This document shows positions 24,802 to 39,944 of a DNA stretch of 64,000 nucleotides, piece by piece; the stretch's first letter is position 1, and each line of letters starts with the position of its first letter. Origin of the DNA: Bilabrum cf. latius (Eukaryota); NCBI GenBank assembly GCA_965178125.1, contig OZ237745.1, positions 124,001-188,000 of the forward strand, read 5' to 3'. Below the pieces are notes generated by a model. The model worked only from the letters and a program-made list of their open reading frames with translations. It searched no databases and was not told the DNA's origin. The position numbers and the translations under genes are program-made.

Positions 24802-26148
24802 GAAAGTCATCTGGTTGCTTGTATAGGTTGTATATCGACGGCTGGATGTGTAGGGTTGCTGGCGTTTGCTTCGAATGGAGGTGCCACCGGCACCGATGCA
24901 GTTGCAATGCGTATGTGCAGGCAAGTATATACGAGGTGCAGGCAATGCGCGGGTGCAAGCAAATGCGGATGTGCAAGCAGTTGGAAGTTGGGTATTGATG
25001 ATTGCTCGAAGCAGTCTGGCCTGCCTTGCCTAGACAGCAGGGCACAGCCGCTCCGAGGTGCGGGATGGCTCGCAATGCGGACCATCACGCAACCGACCGA
25101 CCGAAGCCGGCCAGCTACGATGAGCGCGACATGCACTCTGAACTATGGACTGCCCTATGCAGCCCAAGTTCGAGTGCCGCCTTGCTCACCCACAGAGGAA
25201 GAGCCAGGAAGGCAGGCACTCAGCCCACCCCCCCTCTCTCCCCCATATTGCATGCCGCCCACACTCGATGCGCAGTAGAACACAGCTACAACGAGTGACA
25301 CTCAGCCCGGCAACCTGCCCCCACCGGACAACGGAACCTGGACTGGCACGATCCAACGGTGCTCATGCAGCAGCTGTGACCCGCACCCGCCAGTAGCACC
25401 ATACCAGCTTGCTGTCGCACTTCTCAGCCTAGCCCCCTTTGTGCTTGGGAAGCACGAGCGTCTCACCAACGCAGCACCAATTGCCCTGCACCACTCTCTC
25501 GCTCTAGCACGACAATGACATCGCCACGATCCGGCAGCAGCCCCGCACGGGCACGCCGGCCCGCCATCGTCCAGCACCGAGCCAGCGGCACGAGAGTCCG
25601 CTGGCGCAGAAACGCCGGAGTCACGAGAGGCGGGGCGCATGCTGGAGCGAGCGACGCCAAAGCAACACGCGAGGAGAAAGCCGTGGACAAGGCAAGAGGC
25701 AGGCGAGACACAAAGGGGAAGGGCAGCGCAACAAGCAGACAGGCAAGCACTACGGGGATGCAAGGCGAACACCTACCACATGCACCGCGACGGCATGACT
25801 AACCAGACCGTGGCTAGCTCCTCTCCACCTGCAGCGACAAGCTTGACTCGGTCAGATCAAGAGGGAGACCAGGTGAAGCTCCACGGCACACAGCGACAGG
25901 CACGCAAGCGCGCAACTGCCACGGTGCGCCGGCTCCTTCCACCAGGCCTGTTCTCCATCAGCTGACCCCGCCTCACTCGCCACCAGCAGGGAACCTGTGC
26001 ACTCGGGCAACAGCAGCAACTCGGCATCCCTTTTCTCATCCTCCCGAAGGACCATCACCATAAACAACATGGAACAACATGGGCAATGGACAGCTCGGCA
26101 GGCGGATGCACTGAAGTGCACTTCACTGCGGCGAAGCGAGCTCCGGAT

Positions 26149-27975
26149 TCACCTCAGAGCGCGCGCGCGCAGACCGCCCGCACCTGCCCTGGCCTTGCCA
26201 GCTCGCGAGGAGCCGACCATGCCCTTGCCGCTGCCCTTGCCAGCGGGCGCCCCAAACACGTTCCAGAACCGCAGCGTCTCATCAGCGCCGGCCGAGCACA
26301 CCGTGGCCCCGTCAGGGCTGGTGGCCAGGTGCAGCACGCGGGCAGTGTGCCCTGTGAGCTCCTTGACGCGCGCCAGGCTGGGGTACTTCCAGACAGTCAG
26401 CTGGTTCTGGCTGTACCCATGGGACGAAAGCAGCTCCTTCTCGTGGGGATTCCACGCCAGGGCGCACACCTGGGACCCGGTGTCCACCGAATCCAGCTGC
26501 GCTCCCGACTCTGCGTTCCAAAACTTGATGCACCTGTCCGCCGTGCCGCCTCCCGAGGCGAGGGTGTGCCTCTCCCAAGGGCACCACGCGAGTGCCTTGA
26601 CCGCGGCGCGGTGGCTGGCAATCTTGTGCGTAGGTGCCACGGGGCCAGAGGCGGGGGCGGCGCATGCCACACCAGCGGCACCAGCGGTGGCCGCGGACGA
26701 GGCAGCGTCCCAGATGCACAGCAGGTTGTCGTTGCCGCCAGAGGCCAGGAAACGTCCGTCCGGTGACCACCGCAGGCCGCAGACCTCCTGAGAGTGTCCT
26801 GCCAGCGTGGCCACGGCATGCTGCCTGACCCTGACGTCGTGGTGCACGATGGTGGCGTCCCTCGATCCAGTTGTCAGCACGTGCTTGTTCCAGTCCATGC
26901 TGCCCACGCGGTCCTGGTGCCCGTCCATCGTGCGCACGAGCTTGCTCTGGGTGACGTCCCACAGCTGGGTGCGGGCCTGATCCGTTCCCACGGCCAGATA
27001 GCCTCCACCCTCCTTGACCCACTTGACCGAGGTGACGCTGTCTCCGCTGCCCAGTGTGGTGAGCTCGTCGATGCCTCCCGTGGATGCGTTCCACAGGTAC
27101 ACCGTCGGGCCCAGCGCAACGGCCAGCAGGTCAGCGGCGCTCCAGTCCAGCAGGTTGAGGTAGTAGTCGTTGGCCAGGTCGGGGGCGTCCAGGATCCGCT
27201 CGGGGGCGGAGGGGATGTGGCGAGCGCTGCCGGCGGAGGCAGAGGCGCGCCCAGAGGACGCGCCCGCCCTCGCCCGGCTGCCGCCGTTGCTAGAGTACAG
27301 GACAGAGTGGCCGCCATGGAAGCCCTCAGGGGCCTCGGGCTTCTTGCCCGCGAAGGCAAGCACCCGGTGCCCGGTCAAGGACTCCCCGGCGTCTCCTCCC
27401 GCGCTGGAAGCCGCGGTGGCGCTGCCGTCCAGAAGGCTGGACGACAGCGCTGCCTCGAACTTCCTGCCGGCCTCGCCGCTCGCGGTGCTACCAGTGCTGG
27501 AAGCAAGGGCGGCGTGCGAAGCGTCGATCTTCAGGCTGGCGCGCTGCGGGATGAACCGATCGGCACCACCCTGCGAGACGAACGAAACAGTTGGTTGCCA
27601 CAAAAGCGCAGTGAATGAAAAGCAGCTAGGGAGTCTATAATTCAAGCTTAGCAATAGCACACACTAATTCTGCCTTGCAATATACCCTATAGAACGCAGG
27701 ATCGCGTGCGAGAGGTCTCAGCTGAGTTTCGCGCGCGAACTATAACAGAGCCATAAATGCCACTATATCGGAAGATCCGGTACCTACATGGCCTCCATAT
27801 AGATCAAACTAACCTTAGGAGTCTTGCTTGACGCCGAACTACGCTTTGAAGGGGTCTTGGACGAATCCGAGGGACCCTCATTGGCCACAGCGGCCGCCTG
27901 CAAGGCCTTGCGCTTCCACCGGGGAAGCAGGGCCGAGTCAAGCGGCTTTTCGCAGCACTTCAGCGCATTCTCCAT
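26149..27975 (-). CDS. CDC20: APC/C activator CDC20/Fizzy
   Basis: C-box DRFIPQR, PERILDAPDLANDYYLNLLDWS, WD40 repeats (HSQEVCGLRWS, LASGGNDN, AVKALAWCPW, ADETLRFW) and an LR tail. Exon 1 is 27975-27814 (PRWKRK); intron 27571-27813. TGA stop; no TAG. Confidence 0.93.
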
Positions 27976-28219
27976 CTATACACGATCTTTTTGCGTGAAC
28001 ATCTTTTGCTTTTTCGCTTCAATAGCTTTGGGGTACTCGTAAGAGTGAGGTGCCCGATTCGCGCGCCAAATGCAAAAACCGGAACAACAATATGATCCGG
28101 GTCATCGGTTTCGATCCAGTGGAACTGTGCTGCTACAGCGATATCTTCAGCGATATCTTCAGCGAAACACCATCCACTTGGCACACCTGGTACTACGGGC
28201 TGCTAGCACCTTCCACGTT

Positions 28220-28723
28220 TCAAAGTGTGGCGTTGCTGGAGGCACACAGCGCTCTACATCCGGCCCACACCGACAGCAACAGCCCGATCCCGCAGCCTAC
28301 CAGCGGAGCCCCCACAATCTGCAGCCGCAACTGCCACCACAGCCGGCCATCCATGGCTAGCTCCAGCGGACTACGCGCCGATAAATCGCACATCGAGCCG
28401 GGAGTAGCCTGCGCTGTGCACCATCCACCCAGGCACACGGCAGCCACGAGGCTCAGGTCCTCCACCAGCCGCACCAAAACGGCGTGATTCTGTACCATGC
28501 TCAACCAGAAGGCATCGTGTTTCCATTGTTTAGAGTGGCCTGCCTCCTCACCGTTCCGTCTCCTGCCCGCACGCACAACGGCTGCCAGTCCCATCCACTC
28601 CCATGCCATGAGGGCGAGCAGGTGCTGGCATATCAGGCTAGATGGGGAAACAGCTGAATTTAGCAAGTTTTCCCTACCGTACACGACCGAAATTGTCCCG
28701 CCACCGCCGCTGGCATTGGCAAT

Positions 28724-28754
<31 letters not shown>

Positions 28755-31700
28755 GCCGTGTTGCTTCGAGCCTCGGCGCTCCCATCTGCTTTCTCACTTT
28801 CAGGCTGGTCCCGACCAGTAGCACTCTCCTTGTCACTATCATCACAGCTTAACGACCGATCCAGCTCGCCGCCCATCATACTCGCCGCTCTCATGTCCGC
28901 AAAATTGCTGGTTGCATCCCCGCCTTCTGTCTGCTCATTCTCCTACCGCTACAGTCGATCCTTGCTGCCATAGGGGTGACGACCATTGCTAGCCCTCAGC
29001 TCTGGGCTGCGAGGAGGCAGGTACCTGCGCATGCGGCCTGCCGCGGGCGCGACAGATGGCCGCAACCTTCTCTTGCACACCCCGTGATGCACACACAACA
29101 ACGTCCCCTTGATACACAGGCCAGCCACTAGGCCCCCTAACAAGATCAAGCCGCATACCGAGAGCCGCGCTGCAGCCATCGACGCAGCCAGCACTGCCAA
29201 CGAAACGAATCGCCACGACAACAGAACCCACAGGATTTCACGGTTCCCAACAATCGCGGTTGTATCCTCTGCAGGACGGATCGGCGCGCCACTCGAATCG
29301 GAGCTCGAGGCGGCAAAGACACTCTGCACGTTGACCATGCTACCAGAGTCGTATATATTGCGCTCATCATCCATGCTTGCACAGGCGCCTGGTGCAACGG
29401 GTTCGGCCCGTGATGTTTCAAGTGCATCGACCCAAGCCCCTGCGGGTTGGCCATGACCGCCGCTGCGCTGCCCGTCGTGTAAAGGTGGCATGTGTCTAGT
29501 GATACTTGCAGATGGATCCTCCTCGGAGTTGAACTGGCTCTGCAAGCCCACCTAGGAGGTCACGACCCCATCGGAACTGCGGCTGACTCGTTCGGTGGCC
29601 GTAGATAATATCCCCAACTCCTATGGTTGCATGATCTCGCGCGCCTCAGTGACTGCCAGGCCCACTGCATCCACACCGACAAATGCATCTGCCCCCGACC
29701 TATCTTCTGTCCCATGCACTGGCTGAATGCCTTCATCTGATACATCATGATACGGTGCAGATGGTGCCATTAAAGTTGGCATCAGCCGCATAGTCAGGCT
29801 CGGATCGGGTGCAGACATGCGAAGTAGCTTGACTCCGTCACTTCCCTCAACACCAAGCAGTCGACTGCACCGCGCCCACGGCACCCCACACCACGACATC
29901 AAAGCCAACACCCACACCATACCACTCGCCACGCAGTAAGCCCACAGCCACACGCCCGCATGGACCGACGAGCCATGACACTGCCACACCGATGCCGCCC
30001 GCCCGCCCCGCAGGCATGGCAGCTCCACATTGGCCCGGACGCTCCCTGCATCCACCACGGGCAGCCACACGCCGCCCTCAGACTCCCCCCGTAACACATG
30101 CACGAGTCGCTGTGCCACGCTGCCGGCGCTCCTGCCGCGCTACATGCTCTCCGCCGTCTGCAGGACCGGATGGATCACCACCTGCACATCGATCTCCACC
30201 GGCAGCACCTTCGAGCATGCCAGCGGCTCAATACGACGCACAGGTGACGAGTCCGGGGATAACGGATCGCGCCTGCTGCAGTTGCGATCCATCGGCTGTA
30301 GCGCGCGGTGCTGCAACACACGCACCTCAATCATGCGATCGCTCGACACGCCGCCTGACACACGGATGCCGGTACTGTTCGTGCTGCTGTTGTCCTCGCT
30401 CCATTCAGCCATCACGTCTCTAATGTCCATGGTCAGCTCGATCTCCAGGATGGACAGCTGCGTGGACTCAGGATCGGGGTACGACAGGCCATAGCCCAGA
30501 CGGTCCGGCCCGATCATCTGCGCCCGCGGCCACATGTTCTGATCAAATGCCAGCGTGAATGACACGAAGGCGTGTGAGGCGGGCTCTCGCTGGGCCCAGC
30601 GCGACTGGAATGTGTCGGGCACCAGCAACGCGCCCTTGTCGGGCTCGCATGACAAGACATGCTCAGCTGCACTGGGCTAGATCTACTCGCACCCCAACGG
30701 CGCGAATGCTATGCTGCCACGCGCTGACCGGGCGCTGCACGCTGACCCAAGCGCGGGCTGGCCGGTCCAGTACGAGTTCCACACCCTCGAGATCGATGCG
30801 TCCAGACGCCAGCCGTTCCACTAATGCGAGCTTGCTTCATGCTCTGCATCCACAGCAATGCGACTGCCCTCGTCGCACACGGCCCGGCATACGGGCCTGT
30901 ACCTGTACGCACCCACAGGCGAAGTGTCCCCGCACTCCCACCGGCCACCCAACACGCGAGGCAGTGAGGACTCGGGGTCCGGAGGCACGATCCTGTCGAG
31001 CCGAGCACCGCGGTACCGGGCAAATGGACCCTGCAGTGGCGACACCGTGGTGGGCACGTACCACGATGGATTCGAGTCCTGAGACTCGTTGCGCTGGCTG
31101 TCCTAAAGCGGCAGATGACTCGGCCCATCATTCAATGCCTTGCCCTCCGCATGCCAGAGCCCGTCCGTGGGGCTCTAGTCGCGCCTGAACTCCCCGCCCA
31201 CCGTCACGGCCCTCTCCATGGACGCCGCGGGATAGTCAAAGTGCATCAGATCTGCGTTGAACTCTGTCGTGTTGACATAGTACTGCACCGCACAGGCCAG
31301 GCGGGCCTCTCTTCGCCAGGGCGGCAGTGAGAGCTGCTTTCGCGACCAGGCTTGCGTCGCGTCGGTCACACCCGATGCAGACCAATGCGACTGATTGCCA
31401 CTACTGGTGTTGCTAGCAGTGGGGGCGCATGATTGCGAAGAGACACAGGACAGGTCGTCCAGCAGCACGAGCACCTTTGCTCCAGACGCCTCGCAGTACA
31501 GCCCCGGCGCGAACAACACTGAGGATGCGCGCTCTGGTGTCTCCACCGGCACCGAGTCCACGATCACCTGCGTCACATGCACGTGATTCAGCCTCCAGGG
31601 GTACTCGTGACTCGGCAGCCCGTGATTGACCAGGTCCTCCCCATCCACAGGCAGAATGGCCACAGTGCCGGGAGGGTACGTCACCGTGACGACCTGGTGC

Positions 31701-32912
31701 CACCGATTGTACATGCCCGCCCCGTGCTCCGGTATGCCTGACGCAGGAGCCCCCTACCACTCGATCACCTCAGACAGAGAAGCAGCGGTGATGCTGTCAA
31801 TGTAGCTCTCGTCCAGCAGGAAGCTCGTGTGGTTGGCCAGCTCGGTGCCCACGGGTGGAGCCCCGCTGCAGTTGGGCTCGTGGCCCGGTGGTGCACGAAT
31901 ATCACCTTTGATCTATCCACTGTAGCTCAGGTCCGGCCACAGTGTGGCCTGCCTGCATGTGTCGTTGGGCGCGATGGGCTGGTCCATCGGAGTGCACGCC
32001 TCGGAGTAGATCTCCCGGCGGCATGTGACGTGGTGCATGATGTACCGGGCGTGTCGCATGGCATATGCCTACTGGTAAGACATCTGCACTCCCGTGGACA
32101 ATGGATAGTACGCCCACTGCCATCCCGGATCTGCCATGAAGAGCTACGGAGCCCAGTTGGGGACGGTTTTGGTGCTCGTCGCCGGAGGCCAGAATACGGT
32201 CGTGTTCACCCACTGCCAGTATCCCGATGTGACCAGGCCGCCCGATACAAACTCGTATGGATTGTTCACGTCAGGAAACTAGTAGAACCACTGCTCCTCC
32301 GTCCACGGTTCAACGCTTCTGGTTGGCGGGTACAATGCCGATTCTGGCGGAACATCTTTGCCCGCTCGCCGAAGCGCGATTGCAGGGCCGGCCTGCGCAG
32401 TGGCTGCAGCTGGTATGTATCCTGATGCAGCAGCTTGCAAGCTTGGCATCCCACCTACTGAAGGATGCTCACCGGACGACGCTAGTGGGCTGACCTCGCC
32501 AAATGGTCCGTAGGTCCAGTTCCATCTGTGCATGCCGACCTACCCCTTCCACGGCTGCTGCACTATGCCACAGCCGCTTCCAACAGCCCTCGCCATTGCA
32601 TCGCTTGGTCGAATCACTCTCACTGACCGCTTTCGACCGACAGATTCTCCGATGCCGAGATCCGAGGCTGGCGGTGCAGACTGCCAGGAGGAATCTGCGA
32701 TAAAGATATCGATATCAGTACAACTTATAGTGGCTAAAATTAGATTGATTTGCATTTGCAGCATGCAACTCACTGCAGTTGGATGGAAAGCTGGCCATTC
32801 CTGTGTTCAACGAAACATCTGCTGCGCTGATCTGCCTGTATAAGTCTTTTTTCGCAGCTTCGACCATCCAAACAGCAATGCATAGTATCAGATGAATACT
32901 TAACGACCACAT
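28220..32912 (-). CDS. Uncharacterised ~1550-aa protein with signal peptide, large Trp/Cys-rich ectodomain and several C-terminal hydrophobic segments
   Basis: ATG 32912 (MWSLSIHLILCIAVWMVEA) and a 40-nt GT-AG intron at 32734-32773. A single frame then continues through 16 TAG and no TAA to TGA 28220-28222, linking nine track ORFs. Confidence 0.75.
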
Positions 32913-33271
32913 TGGGAACGACTTTTGGTTTGCTGGATGCGAATCAACCTGGATTGTTTTGGTCGCGTCACTAATCATGATCGGATGAGTGAGAGGAGGA
33001 ATATGAGACTCGCCGGCGGAGTCTCGGGCCGGCGAGTCGCGGCGAGTCACCTCATCGCAACACAGCGTCTTGAAGGCATTGACGGTTCTTGCTCGACTGC
33101 CTGGGCTTACTGCATGCGCTCCTTCTCTGCCGACTCCTTGAAATCATGTTGGTCAAGTTGGAAACTGGCTAGCATAAAGCCAGGTGGCGTGCCGCTGCCA
33201 CATCCTCATTTTCATGCAGGGTGGATGGTTTTGCTTGGGGTCCACAAGGCCCTCCAGCCAGCCAATATGAT

Positions 33272-33342
33272 AGCAACAGCCCGATCCCGCAGCCTACCAG
33301 CGGAGCCCCCACAATCTGCAGCCGCAGCTGCCACCACAGCCG
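33272..33342. repeat. 71-bp direct repeat of 28275-28345
   Basis: agcaacagcccgatcccgcagcctaccagcggagcccccacaatctgcagccgca(a/g)ctgccaccacagccg occurs at both sites with one mismatch. Confidence 0.9.
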
Positions 33343-33932
33343 ACCTGTAGGACCCCTTAGTTATGAAATGAACATATTTGGGTATAGTAGCGCACTCACG
33401 GCTTCATACTCGCACGGTGACGAGCTATCTTGGCACCATGACCGCTGAGCAAGCGCTATGTGCGAAACAGTCAGAACACATCTCAACTCCACACCAATGC
33501 CCGCAGCCACTGCACAAGACTCGGACGCCTGCTAGCACACAGCTACAATGCCCGACTCACAATCTCCTGGTCTTCCAACAGCTGCACTTGCTGTCGTACT
33601 ATTCCACCAGCTGCATAGTACATAGGCAGCCTGCCAGTGGGGGCTAGTTCTGCTGCATGCCCAAGCGGAGCCTGCCTATCCATCGCACCTTCAGCCGGTG
33701 AGTATTTAGAGCGTCGCACCCAGTGCAATGATGTGGTGGTCGCACTGCCCCCACACTTGGATACTTAAGCTTAATGTTGACCACGAAAATGATCGCTGCT
33801 GCTGGCTGGCCGCGCTCGCGATGGTCTCCCCGACATCGGTCGGTGGGTGGCGCTAGTAGTATTCCATACAAATATGCACTAGCTACAACAAGAACGAACA
33901 TGTACCACGCAATGACATACAGAGAAACACCA

Positions 33933-35396
33933 TTATGATCCAGCTCCTCCACCAGCTCCGCCGATCCGTTCTTCCAGCGGGCCCACTGCAGGCGCCTGCA
34001 CCACGCCGTCCTCCGTGCCAGCAGCCCCACCAGCTCCAGCTGCATCCCCTCCAGATGCCGCCGCGCCTCCGCTGGCCGCTCCGGAACCTGCCCCACCCGA
34101 GCTCGCACTCGCCGCCGCGGCCTCGCCGGTTCTCATGTTCTACATAGCCTTGCCCGATTGGGTGCGCACCCTCTCCACCTTGCTCCGCATGAGCGCCTCC
34201 AGGACTCGCATGCCCCCGCCCTCCCTGATCACCGCCTGGTTGGCGGGGTGCACGCTCAGGTTTCTCAGCGCCCTGGCGCACTGTGCCTGCAGCTCGGTGG
34301 CGTCCAGCGAGGCTGAGGCGAGGATGGGCGGGATGCCGCCTGCTTCCCCGATGGAGGCCTCGTTCTCATCTGCGGGCCAAAGAGAGAGGTACATGACCGC
34401 AAAAAGATGTAGGCTCGCATGCTGATGGAAAGAGCTGCAACGAAGACAAAAGATTCGCCTTCCTCTCTCGATTTGCAACGAGGATACAGAATAAAATGTC
34501 GCGACACACCGGAGGGCCCGATCCCTCAAGCCCCGCGCGGGATGGACGAGCAGCAGCGAGGAAATACCACCAGCTGCCCGCCCATGTCCCCGCACGAGCG
34601 CACCGCATGTCAATCTAGCGCCGAAAGGTGGCCCGGCCTCGTCTTCGAATGATGTGACGGGCCAGGTGGATATAGGCAGCGCAGCATATACAAGCAAGCA
34701 ACACAACACGGCAGCAAACCGACTCGATCGTCTCACCGTTGACAGCTAAGTTTGCAAGCGCAGCTACCGCCTCAATGCGCACCGGCACTGAAGCTTTCGA
34801 AGCCAACAATATGAGAGGCGGCAGGGCGCCCCGCTCGGCGATCAGTCGCTTGTTGTCCGCATGAACAGCCAAATTGGCGAGAGCTTTGGCAGCCTAGCGC
34901 TATGTGCTGACCTACTCGCAGCCTAACAAGTCAACAAGCATGTCGACACCCCCTTCTCGCACCATTGTGACCTGGTTGTCTCCTGACACGGACAGGTTCG
35001 CCAGTGCATGGGCCGCTAGCCTCTTTACCTCCGGGTCTTCCGACTTGGTCAGGGGAAGGAGCAGCTTGAGTCCACCCAATCGCACAATCTAACCCTATCT
35101 TCGCGGCTTGACGGCCTCGTTTGCGAGCCGCTCAGCGACTTCACGCTGAATCTCTGGCTCGGCGCCGTCCGCATACGTTATTAGTCGAGCTAGGTGCAGC
35201 TCCAGCTCCTCAATGAATCCCTCATCTGCGTCAAGACGTAGACATCAATACTGAAATTCTTAAGCGATGAACCATACGGGATCGAACGAAGGAACGAGAT
35301 AAATCGAATCTCCATGCAGAGCTCACCTTCGTCGGGTCGATCAACCACAGTTGTGCTGGAGGGTCCCTTGCTCGCACTACTCCCCTAATTACCCAT
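33933..35396 (-). CDS. N-myristoylated VAC8-like armadillo-repeat protein
   Basis: MGN*GSS myristoylation start; introns at 35226-35326 and 34370-34736. Reads QREVAERLANEAVKPRR*G*IVRLGGLKLLLPL, RLAAHALANLSV, T*R*AAKALANLAV, ELQAQCARALRNLSV. Seven TAG (35385, 35095, 35089, 34912, 34900, 34894, 34140); ends in TAA at 33933-33935. Confidence 0.88.
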
Positions 35397-35617
35397 ATTA
35401 TACTAGTCTTAAATGCGGGGAAAGGCTTGCGCCTGTCCCTCGCTTTGCGAGTACACAAGGGAGCGATCTAGAATGTCTGCTGCCGTTTGCGGAGACCGCT
35501 ATGTATTTCTTAAAGTGTTCGTTACATTTGAGTAACGCGCAATTACAAAATAAGATTATCCCTTTGGTTCGCCGAAGGTGCGCACTAGATTTCGACCAGT
35601 AAATAGAAAGCTGCAGC

Positions 35618-37767
<2,150 letters not shown>

Positions 37768-38149
37768 GCGAGCGAGCGAGCGAGCGCCCGTTACGGTCGG
37801 CGAAGACGGTGCTCTGCGCGCGTCATTTGCCACTCAAACGTGCGCCCTGAAGGGCGGCACGGGCTTGCAGCGCGTAGGCGGCTATTCCCTCGGTGACGCT
37901 CCTTGGCTGTACCTTGTCTGGCGCTGAGATCGTCCCGTGGGGACCGCCTGCTCTTCCTCTTGCTTTTTAGCTTGCTTGCTTGATGCCAGCCCAAGATGGA
38001 AACTTGTTAACACGCATCGTTAGTTTGCTTGGCTCCAAATGCTTGGCACCAATTCATTTAGGCCTAGCCTCCATGCTTGGTGGTTCGGAGCGAGAAATGT
38101 AGTATCTTTGCTTGCTTGTTCTCAGTGTCCCGCGAAGTTTGGTGGTAGC

Positions 38150-39944
38150 ATGAGTACAGCCAGCACTAGCACATTCCCAAAGCTTGCTATTCTGGGCGGG
38201 ACACAGGGATGTGCGGATGAAGTTGCCACAGGTAAGGCATGGCTGTTCGTTGCCGAGCTGATGATTCGTAGATCGACATAATCGCTGCAAGTCCGATTGT
38301 CGATCGGCAAACTCTCTCGCAGCCTTGCTCGAACTAGATGCTCTCGAAGCTAGGAAATCGGCCCCCTGGCCAGAGACCACCTGGGGCTCGATTGGTGCTG
38401 CCGAAGACAAATCGACGACATGGGCGCTGTCGACTAAGTACTTTGACGCGACGGTGAGATGAAGTACGACCGAATCATGGACCAATGGTAGAAGGTGTTG
38501 ATGCATTGCTGCTCTGTGCGTTCTGCTTACTTTGCTGCAGGTCAGTGTTGAAGTTCCAGCGAAGAACGGAGTGAAAGATCATGGACTGCTTACCGCTAAC
38601 TGCAAGGGAGCATAGGCGCTAGTATTGTGCGTAGATGCTAGATCTCACACAAAGCAGTCCATGTCTGCATACCTGGCAGGCGTTGGAGCCGCACTAGATG
38701 CCTGCGAGGCCGCTCAGGATGCCGATGCGAACTTCTTGGTACTTGCGCATGCAGGTGAGGCCGGAAGTGGCCTGTGGGCCGCATTTCGATAGTCTTCTGG
38801 GTTAACCTCTGCATCAGCTTCGGAGTAGAAGTCTGATGGCAAGGCAGAGACGGCGGCGTCTGGGGCTGGGAGTGCGGGAGACGGTGCTGCCGGGGCGACC
38901 GGTGGAGCAGGTGCTTCGAATCGGTGGCTAGTGCTCGCCTCGGAGGACATCCCCGAGCCCGCATCAGCCTTAGAATCAAGTGAATCGTACGATGATCTCC
39001 GGTCTGCGTGCATCGATTTCACCATGGACCGCGGGTGGGAGCTCATCGACGCCGATTGCGACCTGGCGGCTGCCACGCGCCAATCGCGGGAGAAGGACGG
39101 CATCGCTAGGCTGAGAGAGGCGCTGCAGGTAGTCATGTGGAGAGGGATGGAGAGGAAGAGTGGGGGGCGGGGAGGGGGCAGAATGGGCATGGGAATCGGC
39201 GGGATGGGGCTTGCCAGTGGTGGCATGGGTGGTATGCTGGGGATGCTAGGCGGTCGTGCAACGAGCGAATCTGACGCAGATGAGAGCGGTAAAGCCTCGC
39301 TTGGGAGCACTGGCTCGCCCTCCACAGCGGCTGCATCGGCATCGGCCGCGACAGCGTCTGCCACAGCCTCTGAGACGTTGGCACGGGGGTAGGGTGAGGA
39401 TGAAGCGGAGGCTGCAGGCAAGCGCAATGGGTCAGGTGCTGGCAGTGATTCCGACTCGAAGGCAATCGAGGACGGCGCACCGCCCGCCCCGGACGCGAGC
39501 GAAGTGGCAGGCTGGGAGCTGGGCGGGGAGGAGGCATACCTTCAGGCACTGGCGAGGGGTGACCCCACCGTGGGGGGTGACCCCGAGGGGACGGGGGAGG
39601 GGGCTAGAGCCGGATCCGGCGAGAGTGCGAGTGGAGCGGGACAGGGGACAACGTCACCGGCTGGGGGTGCTGGCGAGGAGATCGGCATGGAGCAGATGCT
39701 GCATATGATGGAGCAGATGCGCGCGGTGAGGCAGCGGGTGCTCGCCACTGGAGAGAGGACGGAGGCTGACCGGGCGCAGGCCGAGAAGCTTGTCATGCAA
39801 CTGGCGGCCACGCTAGGGCTGGGTGGCGAGGAGGAAGAAGAAGAATAGGCTGGGGATGGTGATGGTGCGGGTGCTGGGAAAGGGGATGCTGGAGGTGCGG
39901 CTGGCAGTGACCAGGGCAGGGCAGGGGAAGCAGACGGACGATGA
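38150..39944 (+). CDS. AAGAB: Alpha/gamma-adaptin-binding protein p34-like
   Basis: Introns at 38232-38322 and 38454-38540. Motifs WALSTKYFDAT, GA*ALVLCVD, RGWELID, DGIARLREALQVVMW, MEQMLHMMEQMRAVR...DRAQAEKLVMQLA. TAG at 38613, 38790, 38826, 39390 and 39846; TGA at 39942-39944. Confidence 0.75.

Noticed and set aside
24802-26148. Many 60-250-aa ORFs between the ARM gene and CDC20
   Set aside because: Low-information, strand-skewed sequence between convergent stops; frames are broken by TGA/TAA and show no coding-like pattern.
33933-33935. Ciliate-type code (TAA and TAG both Gln)
   Set aside because: No internal TAA was seen against ~90 TAG, and TAA occurs only at plausible gene ends. A genome-wide count is still needed.
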